Under the pieces are notes generated by a model. The model saw nothing but the letters and a program-made list of their open reading frames with translations, was not told the origin of the DNA and ran no database searches. This document shows positions 1 through 9,500 of a stretch of 64,000 nucleotides of DNA, piece by piece (the first letter of the stretch is position 1; each line of letters opens with the position of its first letter). A program made the position numbers and the translations under genes. Origin of the DNA: an uncultured Acidobacteriaceae bacterium (GTDB lineage Bacteria > Acidobacteriota > Terriglobia > Terriglobales > Acidobacteriaceae); contig CAWCJL010000007.1 of the NCBI GenBank assembly GCA_963795775.1, positions 4 to 64,003 of the forward strand. The letters are read 5' to 3'.

Positions 1-717
1 CGTCGTCCCCGCCATACATTCCAAATTGCTTATGGGATGTATGCACCTAAGGTGACAACGAAATTTGGTCCGATATGCCTGCGGTAGAGACGCACTCTAG
101 CAGTTTCGGGGTTTGAAGCGAACCCTCCCTTCACACAACATCGTGAGCACTCATTGGGGTCTTGCATGTGCGGCCGGCTGGTGCTGCTTCATCTGTGGGA
201 TCTGATCCACTGCTTCGCGCCAATGCATTCCGCTCGTCTGTAACGGAAATGCGCGGCGTAGTTCTGCTGCCTGCAGGCTCCGCCGGTCGTCCATGGGGCT
301 AAGGCTTCGGTCACCTACGAAAAGCCGTGTGATCTCCGAACCTGTCCATACAGGTTACGACCACGTCATTCTGATTAGCAGACCCAGCGCCTGGTTCGGT
401 GATGCGTCGTTTGGATAGAGCAAAACTTTGGTTACTTATTCAACCCGTCGCACCATGAATTTTTATGTACGTGGCAAACGGACCTTTGTATAAAGGGAGC
501 ACCACAGCCAGAGCTTCAGCATAGATTTCCAATGGATCATCAAACCAGCGGCAGCAATGAGTGCTGCGTGCGCCTGTGCGGCGATTCACAGCAGGCGAAG
601 GGGACGAATGCAGGTTCGACCGCCTCATCCAGCATTCACCTGCTGAGTTCTGCGATCGTTTGGCTCAAAGATCGGATTTCCCGGCTTTATCGTGTCCCAT
701 ACCGCGGTTATAACTGC

Positions 718-2049
718 ATGCCGAGGTGGAATCGCAGAATGGATCCGCCACCCCCAGAGGGATGCCTGCCGTCTCGATGCGCCTTCGTCCAGGAAGAGAG
801 CGGTTCCATCAGTGTCATGCTTGCCGTTTCTCTTATAGCGGTTCTCGGGACCATGGGCCTTGCCATCGATGTAGGGCAAATGTACGTTGCGAAGCAGCGA
901 CTCCAAACGAGCGCCGATGCCGCTGCGCTCGCCGGGGCACTCGAGCTGAGCTATTGCGGCGTCACCGCGAATTGTGCTGCTCTTCAGACCGCCGCCCAGG
1001 CAGCATTGAATGAGAACAAACTGAGTGGCAGCACCCTCTTGACCAATTGCGCCACTGGCAGCACCACACAACTCACGCTTACGGTGAATAACGGCCCGTG
1101 CGCGTTGGGCACGCAGAATCCACACAATGGCAACGTTAGTTATGTGGAAACGGTGATCTCTCAGCCTCAGCAAACGTATTTCCTTCGGCTCGTCGGGGTC
1201 TCCTCTGCCAGGATCAGTGTCAGAGCGGAAGCGGGTCGCGCTTCGAGCGCAAGTTGCATATACACGCTTGGCACATCCGGGACGGACCTGCTGCTCAACG
1301 GCACAGGGTCTATAACGCTGCAGACATGTGGGATTGTGGACGACTCGTCATCTTCACAGGCACTGCTGATCAATGGCAACGCCACACTCGCGGCCAAGTC
1401 CATCAAGATCGTCGGCAGCTATCTCGTAAATGGCCGGGGCAGCGTCACGCCCTCGCCAGTGACGCGAGTTGCTTCCACGACCGATCCGTTGGCGTCTCTA
1501 GCAGCACCGTCCTTCTCGTCAGGGCTCTGCAACAAGAATCCGAACGTGGTGGGGGGTAATTCCACTTTAGGACCATCGGTTGCAGGCGGGACGATATGTT
1601 ACAACGGGCTCACCGTGACCGGTAATGCTACCGTAACGCTCACGCCCGGTCTGTATATCATCAATGGCGCGATGCAGTTGAATGGCTCCTATTCCATGAC
1701 AGGAACGGGAGTTACATTTTACTTCCCGCCGGGCGGATCCTACACGGACAACGGGAATGGCACCTTGAATTTAGCCGCCCCCACATCTGGCACCTACAAC
1801 GGTATTTTGTTCTATCAGAGCCAGAGCAACAGTAATCAGATGACCTTCAACGGCGCGACCAAGTCTACGCTCGACGGCATTTTCTATCTTCCCGGCGCAA
1901 GCCTGCTGATGAACGGAGCGTCGACTGCGACGTTGTACACATCGATTGTTGCCAAGTCACTTACGTTCAACGGGGATCTCAATCTAAACGACTACGCCGC
2001 GATCAATCCTTCTTCGCCCCTGGCATCTGGGGCCGTGTTGACCCAATGA
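718..2049 (+). CDS. TadG-like Flp/Tad pilus assembly protein (TadE/G-like N-terminal domain)
   Basis: ORF 532..2049. The N-terminal hydrophobic segment SISVMLAVSLIAVLGTMGLAIDVGQMYVAKQRLQTSADAAALAGA is the Tad_N/TadG-type signature. It is followed by a long Gly/Thr/Asn-rich beta-type region. The start is more likely ATG 718 or 739 than 532. Confidence 0.7.
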   Translation: MPRWNRRMDPPPPEGCLPSRCAFVQEESGSISVMLAVSLIAVLGTMGLAIDVGQMYVAKQRLQTSADAAALAGALELSYCGVTANCAALQTAAQAALNENKLSGSTLLTNCATGSTTQLTLTVNNGPCALGTQNPHNGNVSYVETVISQPQQTYFLRLVGVSSARISVRAEAGRASSASCIYTLGTSGTDLLLNGTGSITLQTCGIVDDSSSSQALLINGNATLAAKSIKIVGSYLVNGRGSVTPSPVTRVASTTDPLASLAAPSFSSGLCNKNPNVVGGNSTLGPSVAGGTICYNGLTVTGNATVTLTPGLYIINGAMQLNGSYSMTGTGVTFYFPPGGSYTDNGNGTLNLAAPTSGTYNGILFYQSQSNSNQMTFNGATKSTLDGIFYLPGASLLMNGASTATLYTSIVAKSLTFNGDLNLNDYAAINPSSPLASGAVLTQ

Positions 2050-2594
2050 TCGAGATCCGGATGTGCTACGCAAGAAGGGAATACGCTGTCCAGCGTGCTT
2101 TCTTCCGTCTGCGCTACGCTGGCGGAAACTTTCATCTGTGCGAGCGTCGTTTGAGGGCGACCCGGTCAGAAGATGGATCAAGCCTGCTGGAGTTGGCGCT
2201 CGTCCTGCCCTTCCTGTTGCTTCTATTGCTCGGTGTCGTCGACTTTTCGCGAGGATATTATCTGGGCTTAGAAGTGTCTGCCGCAGCTCACGCAGCGGCG
2301 CTTTACGGGTCACAGCATGATACCGATATTACCGGCATGCAAAATGCAGCGCTGGCAGACGCCTCGGACGTGCCAAACTTCACAAGCTCATCGGTGACGG
2401 CATCCTATGGCTGCGAATGCTCCGACGGCTCTTCTGCTTCCGCGAGTTGCTCGGTTGTTCCAACATGCGCCACCAATGTGGTTGATTACGTCCAGGTGGC
2501 GACATCAGCAACGTACAACGTATTGTTCCCGTGGCCTGGCGTGCCGGCATCTCTCACCTTGTCTGGTAACGCGAGGATGCGGGCAGCCAAATAG
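2046..2594 (+). CDS. TadE-like pseudopilin
   Basis: Carries the TadE N-terminal motif DGSSLLELALVLPFLLLLLLGVVDFSRGYY. It overlaps the tadG-like stop by 4 nt. The true start may lie further in, for example the in-frame TTG at 2151. Confidence 0.65.
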   Translation: MIEIRMCYARREYAVQRAFFRLRYAGGNFHLCERRLRATRSEDGSSLLELALVLPFLLLLLLGVVDFSRGYYLGLEVSAAAHAAALYGSQHDTDITGMQNAALADASDVPNFTSSSVTASYGCECSDGSSASASCSVVPTCATNVVDYVQVATSATYNVLFPWPGVPASLTLSGNARMRAAK

Positions 2595-2623
2595 GCTTCC
2601 GAGTTGGGCCCCTGAGGAATGCA

Positions 2624-3166
2624 ATGGTGAAGGAAGGGAATCATAGGCCACATCACCCACAAACAACGTCCATGCTTTGCAGGATCCGACAAGGGCTGGC
2701 GTGTGAGCGTGGCGATATGCTCATCGAATTCACCGTTGCGGCTGGAGTATTGCTGACCTGCCTCTTCGGCATCGTAGGATTCACCAGGGCAGGCATGGCA
2801 TACCATTTCACTTCCTACGCTGCCCGTGAAGCGACGCGATACGCGATCGTCAGGGGGTCAAGCTGGGGCAGTACAACCTGCACGAGCGCCGCGACGCTGG
2901 ATTGCAATGCGACAAGCTCGAACGTACAGACATTTGTGCAGGCCCTCAGTCCCAAGGGACTCATCTCAACTGCCGGATTAACGGTGACTGCTACATGGCC
3001 CGGCACCGGAGTGGCGGGTGCCTCGTGTGATACGACAAACGGGAACAACAGCCCAGGTTGCCTGGTATCTGTTCAGGTGAATTACTCTTTCAGCTATCTC
3101 ATGCCGTTTCTCCCAAAGACATCTCTGCTTTTCAAGAGCAAATCTCAAGCTGTCATGCTTCAGTAG
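2624..3166 (+). CDS. TadE/TadF-like pseudopilin
   Basis: Carries a TadE-type N-terminus, GDMLIEFTVAAGVLLTCLFGIVGFTRAGMAYH...AAREATRYAIVRG. It is third in a co-directional trio. The start is uncertain (2624 or ATG 2672). Confidence 0.6.
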   Translation: MVKEGNHRPHHPQTTSMLCRIRQGLACERGDMLIEFTVAAGVLLTCLFGIVGFTRAGMAYHFTSYAAREATRYAIVRGSSWGSTTCTSAATLDCNATSSNVQTFVQALSPKGLISTAGLTVTATWPGTGVAGASCDTTNGNNSPGCLVSVQVNYSFSYLMPFLPKTSLLFKSKSQAVMLQ

Positions 3167-3331
3167 GAGTCAAGGTGCGGGATGGCGAAAGCCATTCTCG
3201 CGAGAATCAGGGAGATTGCGGCGCTCAGTGCGGTTCTGCACCATGTTATAGAGGACGGCAAAGCTGCCGCCGCAGACGAAGTATCAGTTCCAGCTTGACC
3301 GAGGGCCGCGCAGGCCAATCCGGTTCTTTCG

Positions 3332-3946
3332 TTACGAGCCGGCAAGCCACTTGCGTAGACCCTGAGCGACGAACTCCGGGCCGTTATCGGAGCGAAGATG
3401 CTCCGGCACGCCTTTCGTCACCATCGCGTCGGCCAGCGCCTCGATCACCTTGGCCGAACTCCACCTTCGCTCCGGCCGGATCATCAGGCACTCTCTGCTG
3501 TGCTCATCGATCAGGTTCAACATCCGCACCGTCCGGCCATCGTGCGTCCTCGCGCTCACGAAGTCGTAGCTCCACACATGGTTCGTGTGTTCAGGCCGTA
3601 GCCGTATGCACGATCCATCGTTGAACCACAGCCGTCCGCGTGGCTTCTGCCTTTGTGGTACCTTCAGCCCTTCGCGACGCCAGATGCGCTCCACGCGGTC
3701 CTTGCCCACTTGCCAGCCGTCCCGCTTCAGCAGCGCCGTGATCCGGCGGTAGCCATAGCGTCCGTACTGCGTGGCCAGCTCCACGATGGCCCTCGTGAGT
3801 GCATCCTCGTCTTCGCGCTGTGTCAGCTGATAGCGTTGCGTGCCGCGTGGCTGGTTTACCAGCCGGCATGCCCAACGCTCGCTCATGCCGTTCGCCTGCG
3901 CATGATCCACCGCACAGCGCCGCCGCTCCGGGCTTAGAAGTTTCCC
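3332..3946 (-). pseudogene. IS3-family transposase orfB (integrase core), C-terminally truncated
   Basis: Contains HTNHVWSYDFV (first D) and HLRSDNGPEFVAQGLRKWL (second D). The ORF ends at ...KWLAGS, before the catalytic Glu region, so roughly 100 aa appear to be missing. Confidence 0.8.
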
Positions 3947-4214
3947 GAGGCGATGTCCTTCAACACCAGCTTCTCCAAACTCAGCTCACTCACCAGCCGC
4001 TTCAGCTTCGTGTTTTCCTGCTCCAGTTCCTTCAGCCGGCGCGCCTGGTCCACCTGCAGCCCACCGTACTCTTTCCGCCATCGATAGTAGGTCTGCTCGG
4101 TGATTCCACCTTCGCGACAGGCCACCGGTGTCGTCTTCCCATCCCAACCGCGATCTCGATCTGCCGCAGCAAGCTCACAATCTGCTCAGCCGTATGCTTC
4201 TTCCCCTTCGCCAT
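3934..4214 (-). pseudogene. IS3-family transposase orfA (HTH), carrying a 1-nt frameshift
   Basis: MAKGKKHTAEQIVSLLRQIEIAV (frame of 4032..4214) continues as GKTTPVACREGGITEQTYYRWRKEYGGLQVDQARRLKELEQENTKLKRLV...ASGNF in the frame of 3934..4125. The switch is near 4128-4135. Confidence 0.75.
3940..3946 (-). promoter_or_regulatory. -1 programmed ribosomal frameshift heptamer G GGA AAC of the IS3 element
   Basis: The minus-strand sequence tcG GGA AAC ttc taa has X XXY YYZ geometry 6 nt before the orfA stop. The -1 frame reads GKLLSPERRRCAVDHAQANG... straight into orfB. Confidence 0.6.
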
Positions 4215-4323
4215 CTCCCGCTCCTCTCATACCAGTGTGTCTCATCTCCACTGGTACAAAAGGAACCGGGCACTCCAGCCTCGAGTCCATCCTTCCAGGC
4301 GGCAGGCGTGCAGTCTATTGTTG

Positions 4324-6225
4324 CTATTGGCAGCGAACCCCATTAAGGGTGAAGGCAGTCACAGGCGTATTCGCTCCCGAGAAATTCGCCGTGAATCCTA
4401 CTCCTGTAACACTTCCAGCCGCGGGAATTGTGCCGTTGTAGCTGGCATTGGTGAATGTCACTGAGCTTCCGTTTTGCGCGGAGTTGGCGTTCCAGGCGTT
4501 TGTGATCTGCTGAGAGTTGGCGAAAGTCCACTGAAGTTTCCAGCCGTTTATCGTGGTTGATCCGGTGTTTCCGATCGTCGCACTGGCCTGGAACCCATTA
4601 TTCCACTGGTTGGTGATGGTGTAAGTGACGTGACAACTGCTCTGGGAAGAAGCTGTCCGCGCGCTGGCCTGCGCCGATGCCGTGGAACTGCCTGCAGCAT
4701 CCACCGCCTTCACTCGATAATAGTAAGTCGTCGCCGAGGCCAGGCCTGAATCGCTAAAGGAAGTAGCACTCACGCTGCTGGCTATCTGATTGCTGGAGGA
4801 AGGAGTGAAGCCGCTCGTGGTGGCGCGGAAGACGGAATAGGTCACGGTGCAGTTGGCCGGCGGTGTGACCGATTTCCAGGTCAGACCGATTTGGCTGCCC
4901 GACGCCGCCACAGCGCTGAGCGTGGAGGGCGCTGCCGGTGCAGTGGTGCAGGAGCTGCCGCTTCCGCTTCCGCCTAACGGAAACTGGATAGACGAGAGCA
5001 GTTGCTGTTTCAGAGAGCTGGGTGGATTCGTGTCGTAATTGCTGTCCAGGAGACCGTAGCGGTCCTCCCCATTGAGCGCCCAGTAGGTCCAGTCGATACT
5101 CGGATGATTGGCCAGAAAGCTGACCAAGGCAGAGAACCACTGCCCCTGGCTTCCGGCAGCATTACTCTCCACATCGCCGCTGTTGTTGGTGGTGCCGAAC
5201 TCGCCTACCCAGACGGGCGCAGTGCCATTGATGCTTAGATAGGCCCAGAACTTCGTCCACACCGCGGCGAGGCTGGCGGAGGTAGAACCTGAGTTGAACC
5301 AACTCTGCTGATACTCGAGCGGCCCGTAATCGTGAGCGGAGTACACCAGGCGGTTTGGGACACTGAACGAAACCGGATTGTTCCTGGCGCCTTCGAGATT
5401 GCCGCCCCAGAAATCGTAATCGTTATTGTACTCATCCGTTCCCTCTACAAAGATTAGAAGGCCGGAATTCACGCTCAGAATAGCGTTACCCGCACGCTGG
5501 GCGGCAGAGGGCCAGTTCTGGGCGGCATTGCTGGCAGAGCAACCGCCGGCATTGGTGTCTCCCGTCCAGCATGCGCCTCCGCTATTTGCGTTATGGGGCT
5601 CATTGCGCAGGTCCATCCCGATGACGACAGGGTTTCCGTTGCTGCTCTTATAGCTTGCATACCGGCCGGCGAGCGCCTTCCAATCTGCGATCCATTTGCT
5701 TTCCGGGTAACTGCTGGTGTACCACAGCCCGCTTGCTTCCGCACTATTCCCCGCTTCCGACCGGTGATTATCAAGAATCACGCGCAGGTTCAGAACTCCC
5801 GCAGCACTGATGATCTTGTCCATGATCTGCAGCGAGTTCAGGCCCCGCAGATCATTGTTGATCGCGCCGGATGCATTGGAATAGGCGATGTTCGACGGAA
5901 CGATCGGGCTCTCGACCATTTGATTGGAGAAGGGAAGCCGGATGGTGTTATAGCCCAGCCGCTGCATCGTGCCGAGCACCGTATGGTAGTCCTGGTTTGT
6001 CAGCCCGTGGACTACTTCGTCGGTGGTTTCGAATCCGTACCAATTGATGCCGGCGATGCGCACCTGTTTGCCGTTCGCATCGAGGATCTGCGATCCGCTG
6101 GTATGCCAGTAGCCGGTGCCTTGCGCAGAAGCTATTGGAGCGACAAACGTGGTGAGCAGCACTACCAGTGCGATGCTGGCCAGAAGCGAGAACGTATGAT
6201 GGAGGGCTGTATTGATCCGTTTCAT
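4324..6225 (-). CDS. Secreted endoglucanase, GH5 catalytic domain + FN3 + C-terminal CBM2
   Basis: Has a signal peptide (MKRINTALHHTFSLLASIALVVLLTTFVAPIASAQG). GH5 motifs present: GINWYGFET, VILDNHR, GMDLRNEPH, VWVGEFG. An FN3-like segment follows. The CBM2 tail reads CHVTYTITNQWNNGFQASATIGNTG...NGWKLQWTF...FTLNGVRCQ. Confidence 0.85.
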   Translation of the reverse strand: MKRINTALHHTFSLLASIALVVLLTTFVAPIASAQGTGYWHTSGSQILDANGKQVRIAGINWYGFETTDEVVHGLTNQDYHTVLGTMQRLGYNTIRLPFSNQMVESPIVPSNIAYSNASGAINNDLRGLNSLQIMDKIISAAGVLNLRVILDNHRSEAGNSAEASGLWYTSSYPESKWIADWKALAGRYASYKSSNGNPVVIGMDLRNEPHNANSGGACWTGDTNAGGCSASNAAQNWPSAAQRAGNAILSVNSGLLIFVEGTDEYNNDYDFWGGNLEGARNNPVSFSVPNRLVYSAHDYGPLEYQQSWFNSGSTSASLAAVWTKFWAYLSINGTAPVWVGEFGTTNNSGDVESNAAGSQGQWFSALVSFLANHPSIDWTYWALNGEDRYGLLDSNYDTNPPSSLKQQLLSSIQFPLGGSGSGSSCTTAPAAPSTLSAVAASGSQIGLTWKSVTPPANCTVTYSVFRATTSGFTPSSSNQIASSVSATSFSDSGLASATTYYYRVKAVDAAGSSTASAQASARTASSQSSCHVTYTITNQWNNGFQASATIGNTGSTTINGWKLQWTFANSQQITNAWNANSAQNGSSVTFTNASYNGTIPAAGSVTGVGFTANFSGANTPVTAFTLNGVRCQ

Positions 6226-6558
6226 GCTCCCGCTAGATTACCTGTCCGAGAGCCGTCTGGAACAAACTATCTTCTAGAAAACTTATGCTCCATTCCCGTC
6301 CTTTGCCGGGTAACTTACCGTTTTGCAAATAAGGCGAATCTTCTTTGTGACGCTGCGCCGCGCTTTCCGTGCTAACTGACCTTCCCTACAAGGGATATCT
6401 CCCCCGGAGCACTCAATGTTGGTTGTTACTCGAAGCCTGCGTTCAAGGCAAGTTATTGATGGCCGGAGGCCAAAATCTCTACGCTCTGCGCCCTCCTTGG
6501 ACCCTTTTCGCCCGGCGCCTGTCCACCTTCAACAGAGACCGGGCGATAACGGCGAGTC

Positions 6559-9500
6559 CTACGGAAGCAGCAGCGGCCGCAGTCCCTGGTTTGGCAGGAT
6601 CCCTGTGGGTCCGAGTTGGGCGTCTGGGGTTTGGGATTTTGAGGTAAACCGGACGAAGAACCCGACCCGGCTGCTCTTGTAGTCACGCGAGTTATTAAGG
6701 CTGACGGAGGCGCCTACGTACCAATGGTCGGCTATCGCGTAAGCTCCCTCCGCATTTACGTTGTAGTTTCCGCCGACGCTGGTCCGTTCGGCGTAGTAAG
6801 CGTTGGGTGTTGCCGCCTGCAAGGCCGGATCGAGAGGATAATAGGCAGCCGAGTCTTCCTGGAAGGCCTGCACCCCCAGGCTGCCGCTGGCCTGGTAATG
6901 AAAGTTCCGTCCATAGTGGCCCGTAAAGCCTATAGGCACGTTGCCGAGCATGTATGCCGCAGGGCTGAAGTAGCCACCCTGCCCATAGGTGAAGTAACGC
7001 AGGTTATGGGCATAGTGCATGCCAAAGAAATTCGCGCCGATAGTGAGCGTGCCGGAATCAGGCTTGCTCCACACCGCCCAATAGCTTCCGGCATCGCCAT
7101 CGATGCGGTTGTTGGTGGGCACATGGCGTCCGGTTAAATACTGCCCTCCACCCTGGAAGTACCACCCGGAGTTGCCGTCTCCTCTGGCAACCTGAAGTTC
7201 AGCCGCATTGCTGATGACGCCGCCCCAGACGTTTCCGTCATAGGATGGACCCCGGCTGCCCAGATCGCGCAGACCCGCATAGGAGAGTTGCGTATCTTCC
7301 ACCGGCTGCCGTTCGAAGCTGAAGGTAACTGGTCCCGCATCTGGACGAACCATCAGTCGACCGGTTGGGTTTTCGATCAGAAAGCCATGGGGCGTATACC
7401 CGAGGGCTGCGCCTACGCTCCGAGTGCGCAGCTGGATCTCGCCGCCGACTCCCGCCGCGGTCTGTATGTAGGGAGTGGTTTCGGCAGGAAGCGTGCCCTG
7501 CCGGAAGGTAGCGTCGCTCGTGGCTGATCCGCCATCAAGGAGCACCGGTCCAACCAGGGTCGTAAGGCGCGCTCCGGAGCCAAGCATGGAGGATGCCTCT
7601 ACCTGGCTGCCAAAGATGGTCAGCCGGTCGTACCCTGGCTGGCCGCTGTGGTAGTCAAGGGACGAGGTGCCTCCCAGCCAGCCGGTGGACGCGCTTTCGA
7701 TCGCGGCTAGACGATCCTGATCCTGCTCGCGCGCGGTGAGAGTGCGGACCATCGCGTGACTGCTGGACGAACCGGTCAACGGGGGCAGCGGCTCTGCTGC
7801 GGCATCTTCGTCCGCTTTATCCCGACGGGGCACCCTGGATTCCGCTCCGGCCCTTAGGGGCCAAAGCGTGGCGCCCGCGTCGTCGTCAGCAACACTGCCC
7901 GGCGCTTCCCCGCGGAGCTGCCGCACCTCCTTCTGCGTCCCGCGGCTATTTGCAGTGCCGTCCTCGTCTGAACCGTCCGCGACGGCGGCCATGAGGTGAC
8001 TCTGCGTTTTCACTTCTGCGGATTGCACCTGCAGGTACTCCGGAGCTGTGCCGAAGGGAAGCGTGAAGGAGGTTGGGCGAATGCGAACTGTCTCCCGCAC
8101 TTTGGGCCGAGGGTGTTGTGGTCCTTCAGGGACCATCTCCGTCGTACTCCTGGCAGTGTGCAGCGGCTCTGAAGCTGTCGTTTCGGCGGGAGCCGAACTG
8201 GGTTCTTTGGCCGGCTCAGTAAATCGCGGAGCAGGAAGGCTCCTCGTCGGGGTAGATTGCTCTGGGTCGGCATCACTCGCACCAACTCGCGCCTGCCGCA
8301 AACCTGACCTGACGACCGGCGGATCATTCTCGTCGGAGAGGTCGGCGAGTGTTCGGTGCACGGGCAGGTCTTCCGACAGGAGCGAGGACCGCAGATCGTG
8401 TCCAGTCCTGGTGGACTCGGCCTCGCCATCGTTAGACGAATGCCTGGTACCGAGCGGCGCTAGCATTTCCAGCAGCTGTTCGCGCGGATTGGTCGCAGCA
8501 CGCGGTCCGTCCTCAGCTTGGTTGCCGTCGTTATCGGCAATCAGCTCTGCCTGGGTCTGCGGCCCCATAGCCCGCAGCGCGGCACGGTAATAAGCGGCCG
8601 CCTTGCGTGCGTCGCCGCGGTCCTGCTCGAATTGCGCAGCAAGTTGAAGGATTTTTGGGTCCTGGCCGTAGCGCCCCAGCGCCGTCTCCAGCCAAAGCTC
8701 AGCCTGCCTGCGATCATGGGCCGCCAGCGCAGCTCCCACCGCGGCTTGATACAGGTCCGCGCTCGCCTGGGTCATGTCCAGAGTGCTATATAGGGCAAGT
8801 GCGCGCTTTGCCTGGCCGCTTTCCAGGTAAGCATCGGCCAGCGCGCCTTCGACCATGGCGTTTCCGGGAAATGCACGTGCGCTCGCTTCCAGAATGCTGA
8901 GCGCCCTGCGGGAATCTCCGGCCCTGGCTGACCGGCGCGCCTTGCGCACCGTCCAGGACACCCACAGCTTATTGAACTGATTCTCCTGCGGTTCGGTCAG
9001 ATGATCTTTGGAGGCGAGCCGCTCGATCGTGCGATACAGTTGCGCATCGTCGCCGGCATCGAGGAGCAGCCAACCCTCTTCGATGAGCGTGTCAGCGGGC
9101 CGATCGCTGCCCGAGCTCGCGTAAATAGCATTCAGGCGCGAGAACGATTCAAGTGCCTGCCGCGTTTGCCCCAGGGATGTGCGGATGCCCGCGGTCGTCT
9201 CAAGATACCCCGGATCCTGCTCTAGTTTGGCGCGGAGGTCACTTGGAATGCTGGACATCTGCTCCAGTGCCTCACGATCACGGTGCATCTGGTGCAGCGA
9301 TCCGAGCAAGCCACGCCACGCATCCAGAGAGTCGGGAGACGCTTCAAGCGCATGTTCATAAAGACGGTACGCTTGCTGCCCATCTCCCTGAGCCATGTAC
9401 ACCGAAGCGAGCTGATTCTGAAGCGCGACTGACGGAGAGGATGTGTGCGCGATGGCCGCTTCGAGATACTTCTGCGCGTCTTCCAGCCGATTCTGCGATT

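Larger units (their letters stand above)
3332..4258 (-). mobile_element. Decayed IS3-family insertion sequence: 5' end present, 3' part deleted
   Basis: Has the orfA/orfB arrangement with a slippery heptamer. The candidate terminal repeat begins TGTACCAGTGGAGATGAGACACACTGG (reverse complement ending at 4258). orfB stops after the second catalytic Asp, so the far end of the element is missing. Confidence 0.8.

Noticed and set aside
1-717. Possible flp prepilin gene (under 60 aa, so invisible to the ORF track) upstream of tadG
   Set aside because: I scanned both strands for the G-x-x-x-x-E-Y processing motif (GAGTAC/GAATAT-type codon pairs) and found none. A 47-codon minus-strand ORF (about 296 downward, MDDRRSLQAAELRR...) has no recognisable features.
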